A DNA stretch of 60,949 bases, counting the filler. It is 8 parts of 8 records of this genome, joined end to end, with 100 filler letters (N's around TTAATTAATTAA, not from the genome) between each part and the next. Parts side by side here need not be neighbours in the genome. Positions count along the whole stretch, not along the records: positions 21,147 to 33,760 come from SRR31147125_35895; positions 33,861 to 39,942 come from SRR31147125_35907; positions 40,043 to 46,579 come from SRR31147125_35909; 5 more parts are not named here. One strand, given 5' to 3'. The notes under the pieces were generated by a model, which was not told the origin of the DNA, did no database searches, and saw only the letters and a program-made list of their open reading frames with translations. Position numbers and translations under genes: made by a program. Shown in pieces: positions 31,601-42,583 of this stretch (its first letter is position 1; every line of letters begins with the position of its first letter).

Positions 31601-31854
31601 AGAGTGGCATGGTAAAGCGAGAAGCAATAAAACAAGCCGGTCAGGTTCGTTTGCGTCCTATTCTTATGACCACCATTACCACGGTACTGGGGCTCTTGCC
31701 TATGGCCCTGGGATTAGGCGAAGGTGCGGAACTTCGCACTCCCATGGCTGTCACTGTTATTGGCGGACTCCTGACAGGCACTCTTTTGACATTGGTTGTG
31801 ATCCCTACGGTGTATGATGTGGTCGTTCGGGAAAAAGCTTCTTTAGCAGAATGA
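28654..31854 (+). CDS. RND efflux permease, AcrB family, subunit 2
   Basis: LLPDISYP, GMLVDNAIVVLE, GIVVNNAIVLID, RLRPILMT. Confidence 0.95.
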   Translation: MKIVKFSINRPVTITMFMVAAVVFGYVAFDRLPINLLPDISYPTLTIRTEYAGTAPGEVENLISKPVEEAVGIISGVVRTSSISRPGMSDVVLEFDWKTDMDFASLEVREKLDMLTLPVGAEPPLLLRFDPSLDPIMRIGLAGDESLIALRLFAEERIKQELEPLDGVASVQVTGGLEEEIQINVHEGRLAALGIPVTQVTQRMAQENVNLTGGTLKDGDAEFLVRTLNEFKSVDEMMDIVVGLRGQAPILMKDVADILKGHKDRKIITHLNGEESVEIAIFKEADKNTVTVAKTVKERLESVMKEFREYNVPLKMTIVNDQSLFIQNSVDEVLQTAIWGGILAILVLYLFLRSMKSTVIIGFTIPISIVVTFFFMYLADVSLNIMSLGGLALGVGMLVDNAIVVLESIDRYLRRNFSLTEAADKGTTEVGQAVIASTLTTVCVFVPIIFVEGIAGQLFNDQALAVTFSLLASLMLALTLIPMLSSRQIQSNLTYALDSSVKSDMKASPVKKLLNNIFVYSPAYLVNMVRKVFNILSTLLSRLLKPIYIVFDSGMDRLRNSYPTFLDYMLHHRLKLLGGTLVLFLLTLSSFVFIGSELIPEMSQGEFFVDILLPIGTPLEETEKVIADMAYRAQDVPDIKSIYTVAGTAAQMGFSATELRENLGQLHIQLETRDNRQVEQRVMDELRYRFASIPGLEYKISRPTLFSFKTPIEVEVRGYNLLELERLSLELAQEMRTIPGLRDIKASTEGGNPEVQIVFNRRRVAQLGMDVASIGTVVRNKVMGEVSTELNRQDRKVDIRVRAREEDRNNIEDLKRLVVSTASSVPIQLATVADVKLERGPSEIRRIDQERVALVTANLKGRDLGSVSEDIQYIINDLQLPPDFRVRIGGQQREMATSFDSMKLAIALAIFLVYLVMASQFESLIQPFIIMFTIPFALIGVILILLITGTPVSVIVLIGVIMLAGIVVNNAIVLIDFINQLRKSGMVKREAIKQAGQVRLRPILMTTITTVLGLLPMALGLGEGAELRTPMAVTVIGGLLTGTLLTLVVIPTVYDVVVREKASLAE

Positions 31855-32077
31855 AATGGTATTGTTGAATCGATTAAAAGTGAGAATATTAAATATATAA
31901 TATTTTTTCTGCATTCCAATCCTGAACCTTATTTGTTGTTTGCAAGAGGATAGGCGTTACAGATGCAGGAAAGACAGATCTATTTTAACCCGGAAATTGT
32001 ATTATCAATTCAGATTCATATGGTTTATTGAGACAACCATAATAAAGATCTTTCGGTTTTTAAAAAGGAGCACTGCC

Positions 32078-33649
32078 ATGCATCGCGTTTTATTAAAATC
32101 GATACTGATTGTGAATATCATTATTTTTGTATTTTTTGAATCTCAGGCGCAAACGAATCCAACTCCCTTACGACTCTCTCTTGAAGATTGTATTTTAAGA
32201 GCATTAAAACATAATTTATATGTCGCGCTTGAAGTTTTAAATCCTTTACTGTCAAATATATCCATATCTTCTGCGAAAGAAAAATACCTGCCACAGTTGA
32301 CTCTTTCTTTAAATAAAAGAAACACAAATAATGCATCTTACTCCTGGCTCGATGCCTCTGATCAGGTTGAAACACAATATCAATTTTACACAGCGGAATT
32401 AAGCCAATTTGTACCAACCGGTGCGTCGTTTTCCATTGCGTTGGAAAATAATCAGAATGAAACGAATCGCCGATTCCAGACAATCAATCCCAGGTATGGC
32501 AGCACGCTGACATTTGAATTTGTACAGCCATTATTGAGAAATTTTGGCTTTAAAACTAACAACAGGGAAATTATCATAGCGCGGAACAACAGGGACATTT
32601 CGGAATCCCGTTTCAAGACTGTTTTGCTTGAAACCATTTACGATGTGGAAGCTGCTTACTGGAATTTAGTCTATAGCATTGAAAATTTAAAAGCCAGAGA
32701 GCAGTCACTGGAATTGGCCCGGGACCTGTTGGAGCGAAATAAAAGATCCGTGGAAATAGGCAGACTGGCTCCCATTGACATTCAAAGTGCGGTGGCAGAA
32801 GTGGCAACGCGTGAGGCAGATATCCTGGAAGCTGAGGCAGCAGTAAAGAACAATGAAGATCTGTTAAAAACCATTATCAATTTAAAAACGGATTTCAGCA
32901 GGGAGGATCCGGGTGTGATTCCCACTGACAAACCTGTGATTGTAGAGGAATCACTTTCTTTTGAACAGGCACTGGAACTGGCAAATAAAAACCGGCCTGA
33001 TCTGCAGGAAAGCAAAATCGATATTAAAACCAGGGATACTGAATTGAGTTATGCGAAAAATCAATTGCTTCCTGATTTAAATCTGCAGGCCTCTTACTGG
33101 AGCCCGGGTATATCAGGAACGCAAATATTATATCAGAACAACGATCCGTCTTCCGGGATTATTGTCGGTGCCCGTGAAGGCGGATCTTCCGATGCTGTAA
33201 GAGATGCGTTTAATTTCAAATATGATAACTGGTTTGTGGGCCTGTCCCTGGATATTCCTATGAGCACGGTTTTTGCCAGAAATCAGGTCGAGATGGCCAA
33301 AGTGAATTTGAATCAATCCAAACTGAGACTGCAGGATCTGAAACAGCAAATATTGCTGGAGATCAAAACAGCCACACGAACGGTTGAAACAAACCTGAGG
33401 CGAGTCAATGCCTATCGCGTTGCCAGAGAATTAACCGAGCAAAAATTACAAACCGAAGAAGAAAAACTACGACTCGGCAATAGCACCAATTATGATGTGT
33501 TTCTTTTTCAAAGGGATTTATCCGATGCCCGCTCTAATGAACTCAGAGCTATCATCGATTACAATCTCTCACTCGCTTACCGTGAACGCGTTTTGGGTAT
33601 CAGTTTGAAAGAGAAAAATATAACAATTTCCGAGATGTTGAAGAATTAG
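32078..33649 (+). CDS. TolC family outer-membrane efflux protein
   Basis: AAGGAG RBS, signal peptide, LSLEDCILRALKHN, YLPQL, QPLLRNFG, AYWNL, NRPDL, NQLLPDLNL. Confidence 0.9.
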   Translation: MHRVLLKSILIVNIIIFVFFESQAQTNPTPLRLSLEDCILRALKHNLYVALEVLNPLLSNISISSAKEKYLPQLTLSLNKRNTNNASYSWLDASDQVETQYQFYTAELSQFVPTGASFSIALENNQNETNRRFQTINPRYGSTLTFEFVQPLLRNFGFKTNNREIIIARNNRDISESRFKTVLLETIYDVEAAYWNLVYSIENLKAREQSLELARDLLERNKRSVEIGRLAPIDIQSAVAEVATREADILEAEAAVKNNEDLLKTIINLKTDFSREDPGVIPTDKPVIVEESLSFEQALELANKNRPDLQESKIDIKTRDTELSYAKNQLLPDLNLQASYWSPGISGTQILYQNNDPSSGIIVGAREGGSSDAVRDAFNFKYDNWFVGLSLDIPMSTVFARNQVEMAKVNLNQSKLRLQDLKQQILLEIKTATRTVETNLRRVNAYRVARELTEQKLQTEEEKLRLGNSTNYDVFLFQRDLSDARSNELRAIIDYNLSLAYRERVLGISLKEKNITISEMLKN

Positions 33650-33722
33650 GTTGATAGCTATATATCGTCCGTAACCTAATCAACGCCTGCAACTGTGTTT
33701 TCATCTCAATTCAATCTTCACC

Positions 33723-33760
33723 CCATCTCAATCTGCGTCCCATCTCAATCTGCGTCCCCT
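33723..33760. repeat. 17-bp tandem duplication at the contig end
   Basis: CCATCTCAATCTGCGTC twice, preceded by a partial CATCTCAAT at ~33703. Confidence 0.6.
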
Positions 33761-33860
33761 NNNNNNNNNNNNNNNNNNNNNNNNNNNNNNNNNNNNNNNN
33801 NNNNTTAATTAATTAANNNNNNNNNNNNNNNNNNNNNNNNNNNNNNNNNNNNNNNNNNNN

Positions 33861-35583
33861 TTATGATATGCCAAAAGTATATATGCCTATCGAGCAATGG
33901 CGCTGTACAATGGTTCACGCTTATGCGGCGGGCTATGGCGGCAGCTTAGATAAAGTTGGTGCTGCAATGTGTCTATCTGAGGATAAAAAGAAACTCAGAA
34001 GCGGAAAAGCACTTATAAATTATTTTTGTAAACCTTGTAAGCCAACTAAAGCGAATGGCGGAAGAACACGGAATTTACCAGAACATAATCCGGAGAAATG
34101 GCAGCAGTTTAAAGAATACTGTGTGCGAGATGTTGAAGCGGAACAAGCGATACTCAACAGAGTAGATCACTACCAAATAACAGATGAAGAAAGAAAGCTA
34201 TATGTATTAGACCAAAAAATCAATGATATAGGAATTCTTATAGATAGAAAATTGGTTACTAATGCAATCAAGTGCCATAACCAATATGGCACTTGCCTAT
34301 TAAAAGAAGCAACTATTATAACCGGTTTGGATAACCCAAACAGTGTAGCTCAACTGAAAAAATGGATTGAAATATATGAGGGGTTTTCTGTTCCAAGCCT
34401 CACCAAGGATACCTTATTAAGCGTGATGTCGAAAGCAAAAAGACCAGAAACAAAAAGAGTATTAAGCATAAGAAAAGAACTAGCGGTAACCAGTATTAAA
34501 AAATACGTGACTATGATTAACTGCTCTAGGGTGGATAGCCGTGCCGGAGGATTCTTACAATTCTACGGCGCCGGACGGACTGGAAGATGGGCGGGACGAT
34601 TGGTCCAGGTGCAAAATCTACCTAAGAATAAAATGCACGATCTAGACGATGCAAGGAATTTTCTTTTAGCTGGAGACTATGAAGCATTAGACATATTATA
34701 CCCTAGTGTTCAAGATGTGCTTTCACAGCTCATTCGGACGGCGTTTATCGCTAAGGAAGGTCATACCTTTGCCGTTGCTGATTTCTCAGCTATAGAAGCT
34801 AGAGTAATAGCCTGGTTAGCTGGTGAGACCTGGAGACAAAAAGTATTCTCGACCCACGGCAAGATTTACGAAGCTTCAGCTAGTGCAATGTTTGGCGTTC
34901 CCATTGATAAGATAGGCAAAGGCAGCCCCTTAAGACAGAAGGGAAAAGTGGCAGAATTGGCGCTTGGGTACCAGGGCGGCGCTAATGCACTAATAACTAT
35001 GGGTGCGCTAGACATGGGCTTAACCGAAAATGAATTACCCCACTTGGTAGATAGCTGGAGAGCGGCTAATAAAAAAATTGTATCCCTCTGGAAGTCCCTT
35101 GAGTATAGGGTTAAATGCGCCGTTAAGGGTAAGCCTTGTGATGCTAAACCAATCAAAGGGCTAAAAATATCAAAGGTGAACGGGAATTTATATATCGAAT
35201 TGCCCAGTGGTAGAAAATTATCCTACCTAAATGCAAAAATAGGAAAAGGTATTAAATTCGGAAATGAAGTTGTTGTCTACAAGAGCATGAACCAAACCTC
35301 TAAACATTATGCTACTCAAGAAACTTACGGCGGCAAGCTAACGGAGAATGTAGTACAGGCGATAGCAAGGGATTGCTTAGCCTATGCGATGCTACGGTTA
35401 GATGAAGAAGGCTACCAAATAGTAATGCATGTCCATGACGAGGTAATTATAGAAATCCCGGAAGAAAACGCAGATAAAGAACTAGAAAAGATATCCCGTA
35501 TTATGGGCGAAGCTATCCCCTGGGCACCAGATTTATTACTCAGAGCGGACGGATACATCACCAGGTATTATTTAAAAGATTGA
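33861..35583 (+). CDS. Phage family A DNA polymerase, APSE-like (5' truncated)
   Basis: Exo III YCVRDV, RTGRWAGR.VQVQNL, motif A ADFSAIEARV, motif B RQKGKVAELALGY, motif C MHVHDE. Confidence 0.93.
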
Positions 35584-35599
35584 TTAGAGGTAAATTGAT

Positions 35600-38025
35600 A
35601 TGGATGTAAAAATAAATAACGATATTAAATTATCCATTGCAACAGGAAAGAATAGAAAAGAAACTAGATGGCTTAACCGTGAAACCACGTGGTCTAAGTT
35701 GGTTAATAAGCTATCTAAAACTCATAGAACCGCCGAGACGCATAACGAATATATCAAAGCTAAGAAAGCAAGACAAGACGAAATAAAGGATATAGGCGGT
35801 TTTGTTGGGGGTTATATCGCAAATGGTATACGCAAAAAAGATAATATTACGTTCCGTAGTGTAATAACATTAGATTTAGACTATGCAAAAATGGATATGT
35901 ACGACGATTTCAAAATGTTATATGGCTATGCGTCATGTGTATACTCTACGCACAAACATACAAAAGAGAAGCCTAGATTAAGGCTGGTAATACCATTGCT
36001 AACCCCGTAACTAGTGATAAATATGAGCCTATAGCTCGTAAAATCGCTGATTGGATAGACGTAGAGCAGTTCGATGATACTACATACCAGGCAAGCCGAT
36101 TAATGTACTGGCCGAGTACGTGCGCAAATGGGGATTACTTCTTTGATTACTGTGACGGTGAGTTCCTGGATGGGGAAAAAGTGCTAGAAGAATACTACGA
36201 TTGGAAAGACATTTCTTCATGGCCAATAAGTAGCCGAGTCGATAAAGTTCTTGAAAGATCACTAAAAAAGCAAGAAAACCCTCAAGAGAAAAAGGGATTG
36301 GTGGGCGCTTTCTGTAGGGCATATACCATCACGGAGGCAATAGAGACATTCCTAAGTGATGTATATGTGCCCTGTGATGTAAAAGGGCGCTACAGCTATT
36401 CAAGGGGATCCACAACGGCGGGCGTAGTAATATATGATGATTTATTCGCTTTCTCCCATCATAGCACGGATACATGCAGTATGAAGCTATGCAACGCATT
36501 TGATTTAGTTAGGCTGCATTTATATGATCACTTAGATGAAAACGCAAAAGAAGACACTCCGATAAACAGATTACCATCATACACAAATATGCTCAAACTC
36601 GTAGCAGAAGACAATAAAACGAAAGTAATAGTTGTCCGGGAAAGAATGGAAGATGCAGCACAAGACTTTGAAGATGTTAATATTGAAGATTTTACTGAAA
36701 AAGCCTGGATAGACACTCTGGATATAAGTGAAAACAACAAAATAAAAAGCACTATAGACAACGTAATCACTATTATGAAAAACGACCCAAACTTAAAAGA
36801 CACTATCGCATATAATGAATTTGAAAAAATGGTTATACTCAGGAAAAATGTTCCCTGGAGAAAAGTAACAAACACTACTAAGTATTTCACGGACACAGAC
36901 GAAAGCGGATTCCGGCACTATCTTGAAAAGATGTATCAGGTCACTGGAGCTAAGAAAATAGAAGATGCTATAAACCTAGTAACTAGGCAAAATTCATTTC
37001 ACCCCGTAAAGGATTATCTTAATAGTCTGAGCTGGGACGAAGAAAAAAGAGTTGAGACAGTTTTTATTGACTATCTAGGCGCAGAGGATAACGAGTACAC
37101 GAGGGAAGTAACCAAGAAAGCTTTAACTGCTTGTGTTGCTCGTATTCTTAACCCCGGCTGCAAGTTTGATAATGTGCTTACCCTAATAGGCAAACAAGGC
37201 ACAGGAAAATCTACAATCCTATCTAAACTAGGCGGGGATTGGTATAACGAAAACGTTACGCTGTTCAATATATCTAAAGAAACAGCAGACCTAATACAGG
37301 GAAGCTGGTTAATTGAATTAGGGGAACTTGTAGGCTTCAAAAAAGCCGAGGCGGAGACAGTTAAGAATTTCATATCCAGGACAGAGGATAAATATAGAAA
37401 AGCATATGGGCGGAACACTGATAGATTTCCTAGGCAATGCGTATTCTTTGGAACTACCAACGAAAAGTTGTTTCTCAAGGATCCAACAGGGAATAGGCGA
37501 TGGTGGCCAATAGAAACCGGTGCATGTACGCCAAAAAAAGATGTGTTTCTAGATTTAGATTACGTAACAGTAGGACAGATATGGGCGGAGGCTATCGAGA
37601 TATACAAATCAGATAAACGCTTGCATCTCGATAGGGGCATTTATCAAAAAGCCGTAGAAGTACAGGAGAACCACAACGAACATAACGAGAAGATCGGGCT
37701 AATAGAAAACTTTTTAAAAGTCAAAATTCCGACCAATTGGGAAGATCTAAATTTGTTTGATAAGCAGGAATTTTTAAGAGCGGATAAAAATGATACTAGA
37801 TGGGCTAATGTCGAGTTACAAGAACGAAGTCGGGTGTGTGTAGCCGCTATCTGGTGCGAGCTATTTAACGGTGATTTAAAGGCGCTAAAGAGGCTAGATG
37901 CAACTGAAATTATGAATTGCTTAAGGCAAATACCAGGCTGGAAAGAGCACAATAACCCCCTAAGATTTAAGGAATATGGGCGCCAAAAAGGGTTTAAAAA
38001 AATGGCAACTAAGGGCGGCAACTAA
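35600..38025 (+). CDS. Phage primase fused to a VirE/VapE SF3 helicase (frameshift at ~36003)
   Basis: N-terminal GGFVGG, LDLD, YSTHKH...PRLRLVIP; SHHSTD, NAFDLVR; Walker A GKQGTGKST, ELGEL, FFGTTN, TGNRRWW. Confidence 0.9.
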
Positions 38026-38260
38026 TAGGAATTTACATATTTTGGTGGCAACCAACTAAAAATAGTCAGTTGCCATGATAATTGCCGGGATAATTGCCAC
38101 CTAAGCCCCTTTAAATAGTGGGGTTAAGGGTATTAGGCAACTAAGGCAACCAAAAATATGTAAAAAGTTATGTAGAAGTATATAGGTGTATATATATACA
38201 CCTATGCACGCCTATACGCGTATATTATAGTTCATAAGGGTTTTTAGTTGCCAAGTTGCC
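38004..38260. promoter_or_regulatory. Putative phage replication origin (GGCAAC iterons and a palindrome)
   Basis: GGCAAC at 38004, 38017, 38047, 38136, 38145; GTTGCC at 38069, 38247, 38255; ATTGCC at 38081, 38093; perfect 24-bp palindrome at 38182-38205. Confidence 0.6.
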
Positions 38261-38306
38261 ACCTGGATTAAAAGAAAAAGTAGAAAAAAGGAGATATATT
38301 TGAAGA

Positions 38307-38636
38307 ATGGCTAAGAAAAAATACAGTGAAAAATATTTAGAAAAAAAATTACGTGAAGAGGTAAAAACGATAGGAGGGCTAGCCCTTAAATTTCAATCAC
38401 CCTCTTTTACAGGAATGCCAGATAGATTATTGTTAATGCCTAACGGGAAATCATATTGGGCGGAAATAAAAACTACGGGTAAAAAGTGTACAAAAGAGCA
38501 AGTAGCAAGAGGATTGAAACTCACAGATTTGGGGTTTAAAGTTTTTGTTATAGATGATATGGACAGCCTGAACCGCTGCATCAAAACTCTTTGCTATGAT
38601 CACTCAGTCTGGAAGGTGGCAACAGATGGAATTTAA
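38307..38636 (+). CDS. VRR-NUC domain nuclease
   Basis: SEKYLE, GGLALKF.SP...GMPDRL, AEIK..G.....EQ. Confidence 0.9.
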   Translation: MAKKKYSEKYLEKKLREEVKTIGGLALKFQSPSFTGMPDRLLLMPNGKSYWAEIKTTGKKCTKEQVARGLKLTDLGFKVFVIDDMDSLNRCIKTLCYDHSVWKVATDGI

Positions 38637-39942
38637 ACCATACGCCTATCAAAAACACGCAACAGAGCATATCATCAATAACCCGTACTGTGGATTATTT
38701 CTAGAGATGGGGTTAGGTAAAACGGTTGCAACGTTAACGGCCATAGATGATTTGATGCTATTGGACGTTGAAAAGGTTTTGGTTATCGCCCCTTTAAGGG
38801 TGGCGGAAAGTACCTGGTCAGCTGAGATTGCAAAATGGGATCATTTAAAGCATTTAAAGATTGCTAAGGTTCTAGGCACTGAGGCAAATAGGAAAAAGGC
38901 TTTAAGAAAAGAGGCGGATATCTACATTATCAATCGTGAAAATGTGGCATGGCTTGTTGGATATTACGGGAGTGCTTTTCCGTTTGATACTGTGGTGATA
39001 GATGAACTTTCCAGCTTCAAATCTGCAAAGTCGATTAGGTTTAAGGCGTTAAGACAGGTAAGACCCTGTATGAAAAGAGTTATTGGGCTTACCGGAACAC
39101 CAGCGCCAAACAGTTTGATTGATTTATGGCCACAGTTATATTTACTGGATAGGGGGGAGCGTTTAGGCAAGACAATTACCGCTTATCGGCAAACCTATTT
39201 TACCCCAGGTAACCGTAATGGGCACGTAGTATTTAACTACAACCTAAAAGCAGAAAGCGAAAATACCATCTATAAAAGGATCTCCGATATTTGCATGTCT
39301 ATGAAAGCGAAAGATTATTTGGATTTACCTGAGAGGGTAGACAGGATAGTTGACATTGCGCTTTCTGATAAGCTGATGGCCAGTATCTAGAATTTGAGAG
39401 AAAGAAGGTATTAGAGCTAATTGACCGGGAGGAAATAAGCGCTGTTAATGCGGCGGCTTTATCCAATAAGCTTTTACAGTTCTCAAATGGGGCTATCTAT
39501 GACGAGAACAGAAGTGTACAGGTGATGCATAAGCATAAGCTTGAAGCATTAGAAGAAATTATGGATACTGCTAACGGGCATCCCGTCTTGGTGTTTTATG
39601 CATACAAGCACGATTTAAGCAGAATCCAAAAGGCAATGAAGATATACAAACCTAGGAAGCTAGAAGGAGAAAAGGAAATTGAAGATTGGAATAATGGCAA
39701 AATTCCCTTGATGTTGTGTCATCCAGCAAGCGCAGGTCATGGGCTGAACCTACAAGCGGGAGGTAATATTATTGTGTGGTTTGGGCTTACATGGAGTCTT
39801 GAACTATACCAGCAAGCCAACGCTAGGCTTTACAGGCAGGGGCAAGAATCCAATGTAATTGTCCACCACCTAGTTACTAAGGGAACAATGGACGAGGCGG
39901 TAATGTTAGCCCTAGAGCGCAAGGAAGCCGGACAAGAGGTAT
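38626..39942 (+). CDS. Phage SNF2-like helicase (frameshifts at ~39385 and ~39525; 3' truncated)
   Basis: LEMGLGKT, VIAP, VIDELSSFK, LTGTP, HPASAGHGLNLQ, QANARLYRQGQ. Confidence 0.92.
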
Positions 39943-40042
39943 NNNNNNNNNNNNNNNNNNNNNNNNNNNNNNNNNNNNNNNNNNNNTTAATTAATTAANN
40001 NNNNNNNNNNNNNNNNNNNNNNNNNNNNNNNNNNNNNNNNNN

Positions 40043-40740
40043 TACTGCTGTTGCCAACGTCCTCCTTTTCAAAAGACACATTGTCTTTCGGACAACCTAT
40101 CGATCCAATATCAGAGATATCATGTCAGGTTCTTGAAGAAGCCTATAAAAGAATCCACTACAACACCACGTTTATTGAATTACCTGCTGAAAGATCTCTG
40201 GCCCAATCACAACAGGGTTCATTGGATGGTGAAGCAAATAGGGTCATTGGGATTGACAACAATTATGACAACCTGATCAGGGTGCCAGTGCCCATTAATT
40301 TTTTTGAAGCCGTTGTCTTCACGAAAAACCAGAACTTCGCAATTGAGGGATGGGATAGTCTGAAGCCATACACCGTTGCAATCCGTATAGGCTCAAAATT
40401 TATAGAGAAAGAGTCAACGGGTCTAAATATCACAAAGTTTCCCACCTACGAGAAAATATTCATGCTGGTTTCAAATGACAGATATGATATTTGTGTAGCA
40501 TCTCGTGTAGTTGGTTTATACCAAATCAAAAACCAACATTTGAAAGGAATAAAAGCACTGGAACCACCTTTAGCAACAACCAATTTGTATCATTATCTGC
40601 ATAAAAAACATAAGGATCTTGTCCCAAAGATCACTGCTGCCCTAATAGAAATGGAGAAGGAAGGCAGGATTAAAGAAATTAGAGGACTTTATATAAAGGA
40701 ATTACTTAAATCAGATACAAAAATGGAAGAAAAAGAGTGA
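40043..40740 (+). CDS. Extracytoplasmic solute-binding protein, family 3-like (5' truncated)
   Basis: LPAERSL...G.LDGEANR, LIRVPVPI, WDSLKPY, LYHYLHKKH..LVPKI...L.EM. Confidence 0.78.
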
Positions 40741-40938
40741 TTGGCTGCTGTTTTTCACGGCGGTATTCGCCTGGCTTTTTCGTGGCAACGATCATAATCG
40801 TGCCTGACAGGACGCCCCCAGGTGCTGCCGAAAAACCCTTGAATGAAAAAAATTGGCCATTATTACCTCCGCCTTCGAATCTTTCGACAATTTGGCCAGG
40901 TCTTTTTATTGACCACTGACTGCAATGTTATTCCCGAA

Positions 40939-42401
40939 TTACCCCTTGCCGCTCATTTCCAGCTCGCAGGCCAGACGGCCGAGAGTCGCCACCGTTCCCT
41001 CCATTTTTTCCGAATAGAAGCCGGCGTTCAATCTCACAAAATTGCGGTATTTACCTGTGGCCGAAAACAACGGCCCCGGCGCGATGCTGATCCCCTTCCG
41101 ATGAGCCAGGTCGTAGAGTTTGATGGAATCCACCTTTTCCGGCATTTCCAGCCACAATACAAAACCGCCCTTGGGACGAGTCACCTTGGTTCCTTCCGGA
41201 AAATGCCGACCGATCACATCCGCCATCTGGGCCAGTTTACGGGCATAAGCCCTTCGATGCTGCGCAGGTGATGATCATAACCGCCGTTGGCGAGGAATTC
41301 AGCAATCGCCAGCTGCGGCGCCGATGCGGTGGCCACGTTGGTGAGCATCTTGCCCCGCTCGATCTGTTCCTTGAAGCGGCCGGGAGCAATCCAGCCGACC
41401 CGGTAGCCTGGCGCCAGAGTTTTGGAAAAGGAGGAACAGAGGAGCACGCTGCCGTTTCGATCGTAGGCCTTGGCCACCGACGGGCGCTGATCGCTGAAGG
41501 AAAGATCCCCGTAGATGTCATCCTCAATCAGGGGAATTTCATGACGATCAACCAGCTCGACCAGGCGACGCTTGTCGGCATCACTCATCAGCCCGCCGCA
41601 CGGGTTGTTGAAATTGGTCAGAACCAGGCACGCCTTGACCTCGCCACGATGGTTGTCGAGAGCGTATTCAAGGGCGTCGAGGCTGATGCCGGTTATAGGG
41701 GAGGTTGGTATTTCCAGTGTCTTTAACTCCAGATCTTCGATCATCTGAAGAAAGTTGAAATAAACCGGACTCTGGATGGCGACGGTGTCCCCAGGCCGGC
41801 ATAAGGCGCGCAGCGACAGCACCACCGCCTCGACGCAACCGGAGGTAATGACGAGCTGGTCGGGCCTCAGGGTACATCCGCTGAGCAGCAGACGCTGGGC
41901 GATCTGTTTGCGCAGGCGCTCGCAGCCCGGCGGGATGTCGTAGGAGATCGACGGAATGCGGAAACGGCGGGATTCGGTGGCCAGCATCCTATTCAACTTG
42001 TCGACCGGCAGGAGGTCGGGATTGGGAAAGGCGATGCCGAGCTGAACCAGACGGGGGTCAAGAAGGTCATGCATCACCATGCGATAAATACCTCCGATGC
42101 TGACCTCGGTCGGATTCAATGCCGGCGGGTCGACCAGCGGCTCGGCTGGTACCTCCGGAAGCCTGGCACAAACGTAATAGCCCGACTGGGGGCGTGCTTC
42201 GATGATTCGGCGGTCCTCGAGAAGGGCATAGGCCTCCTTGACCGTGTTGAGGCTGACCTGCAGCTGACGACTCAGGTTTCGGATCGACGGCACGCGGTCT
42301 CCCGGACGGAAGGTTCCCTCCTCCACAAGGCCCGAAACCTTCTCGGCGACCTGCTCGTAAAGGGGACTTTCGGCGGATTTACGGTTGTTCATGGTTCGCA
42401 T
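40939..42401 (-). CDS. MocR-subfamily GntR regulator (wHTH plus PLP aminotransferase-like domain; frameshift at ~41250)
   Basis: LYEQVA, PGDRVPSIR, EARPQSGYYV, NNPCG, IEDDIY, SFSKTLAPGYRVGW, GGFVLWL, IAPGPLFS. Confidence 0.93.
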
Positions 42402-42432
42402 GGCTCCATCTTAGTTCGCTGACGGTAGTGCC

Positions 42433-42520
42433 AACAGATACAGTTCACTGAAATCGTGACGGTTACAGTTTCTTAGAAACTAAACTGTGATGGATACAAA
42501 AGCAAGGTGTTGTATCTGTT
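42433..42520. promoter_or_regulatory. Candidate MocR operator in a divergent promoter region
   Basis: AACAGATACA (42433) and TGTATCTGTT (42511) form a perfect inverted pair; inner ACAGTTT/AAACTGT pair. Confidence 0.6.
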
Positions 42521-42583
42521 TTTAAATCATTTCCTGGTTAAGATTCTCTTGAACATTAACAAGGGATGAGGGCGGAGGGCGTC

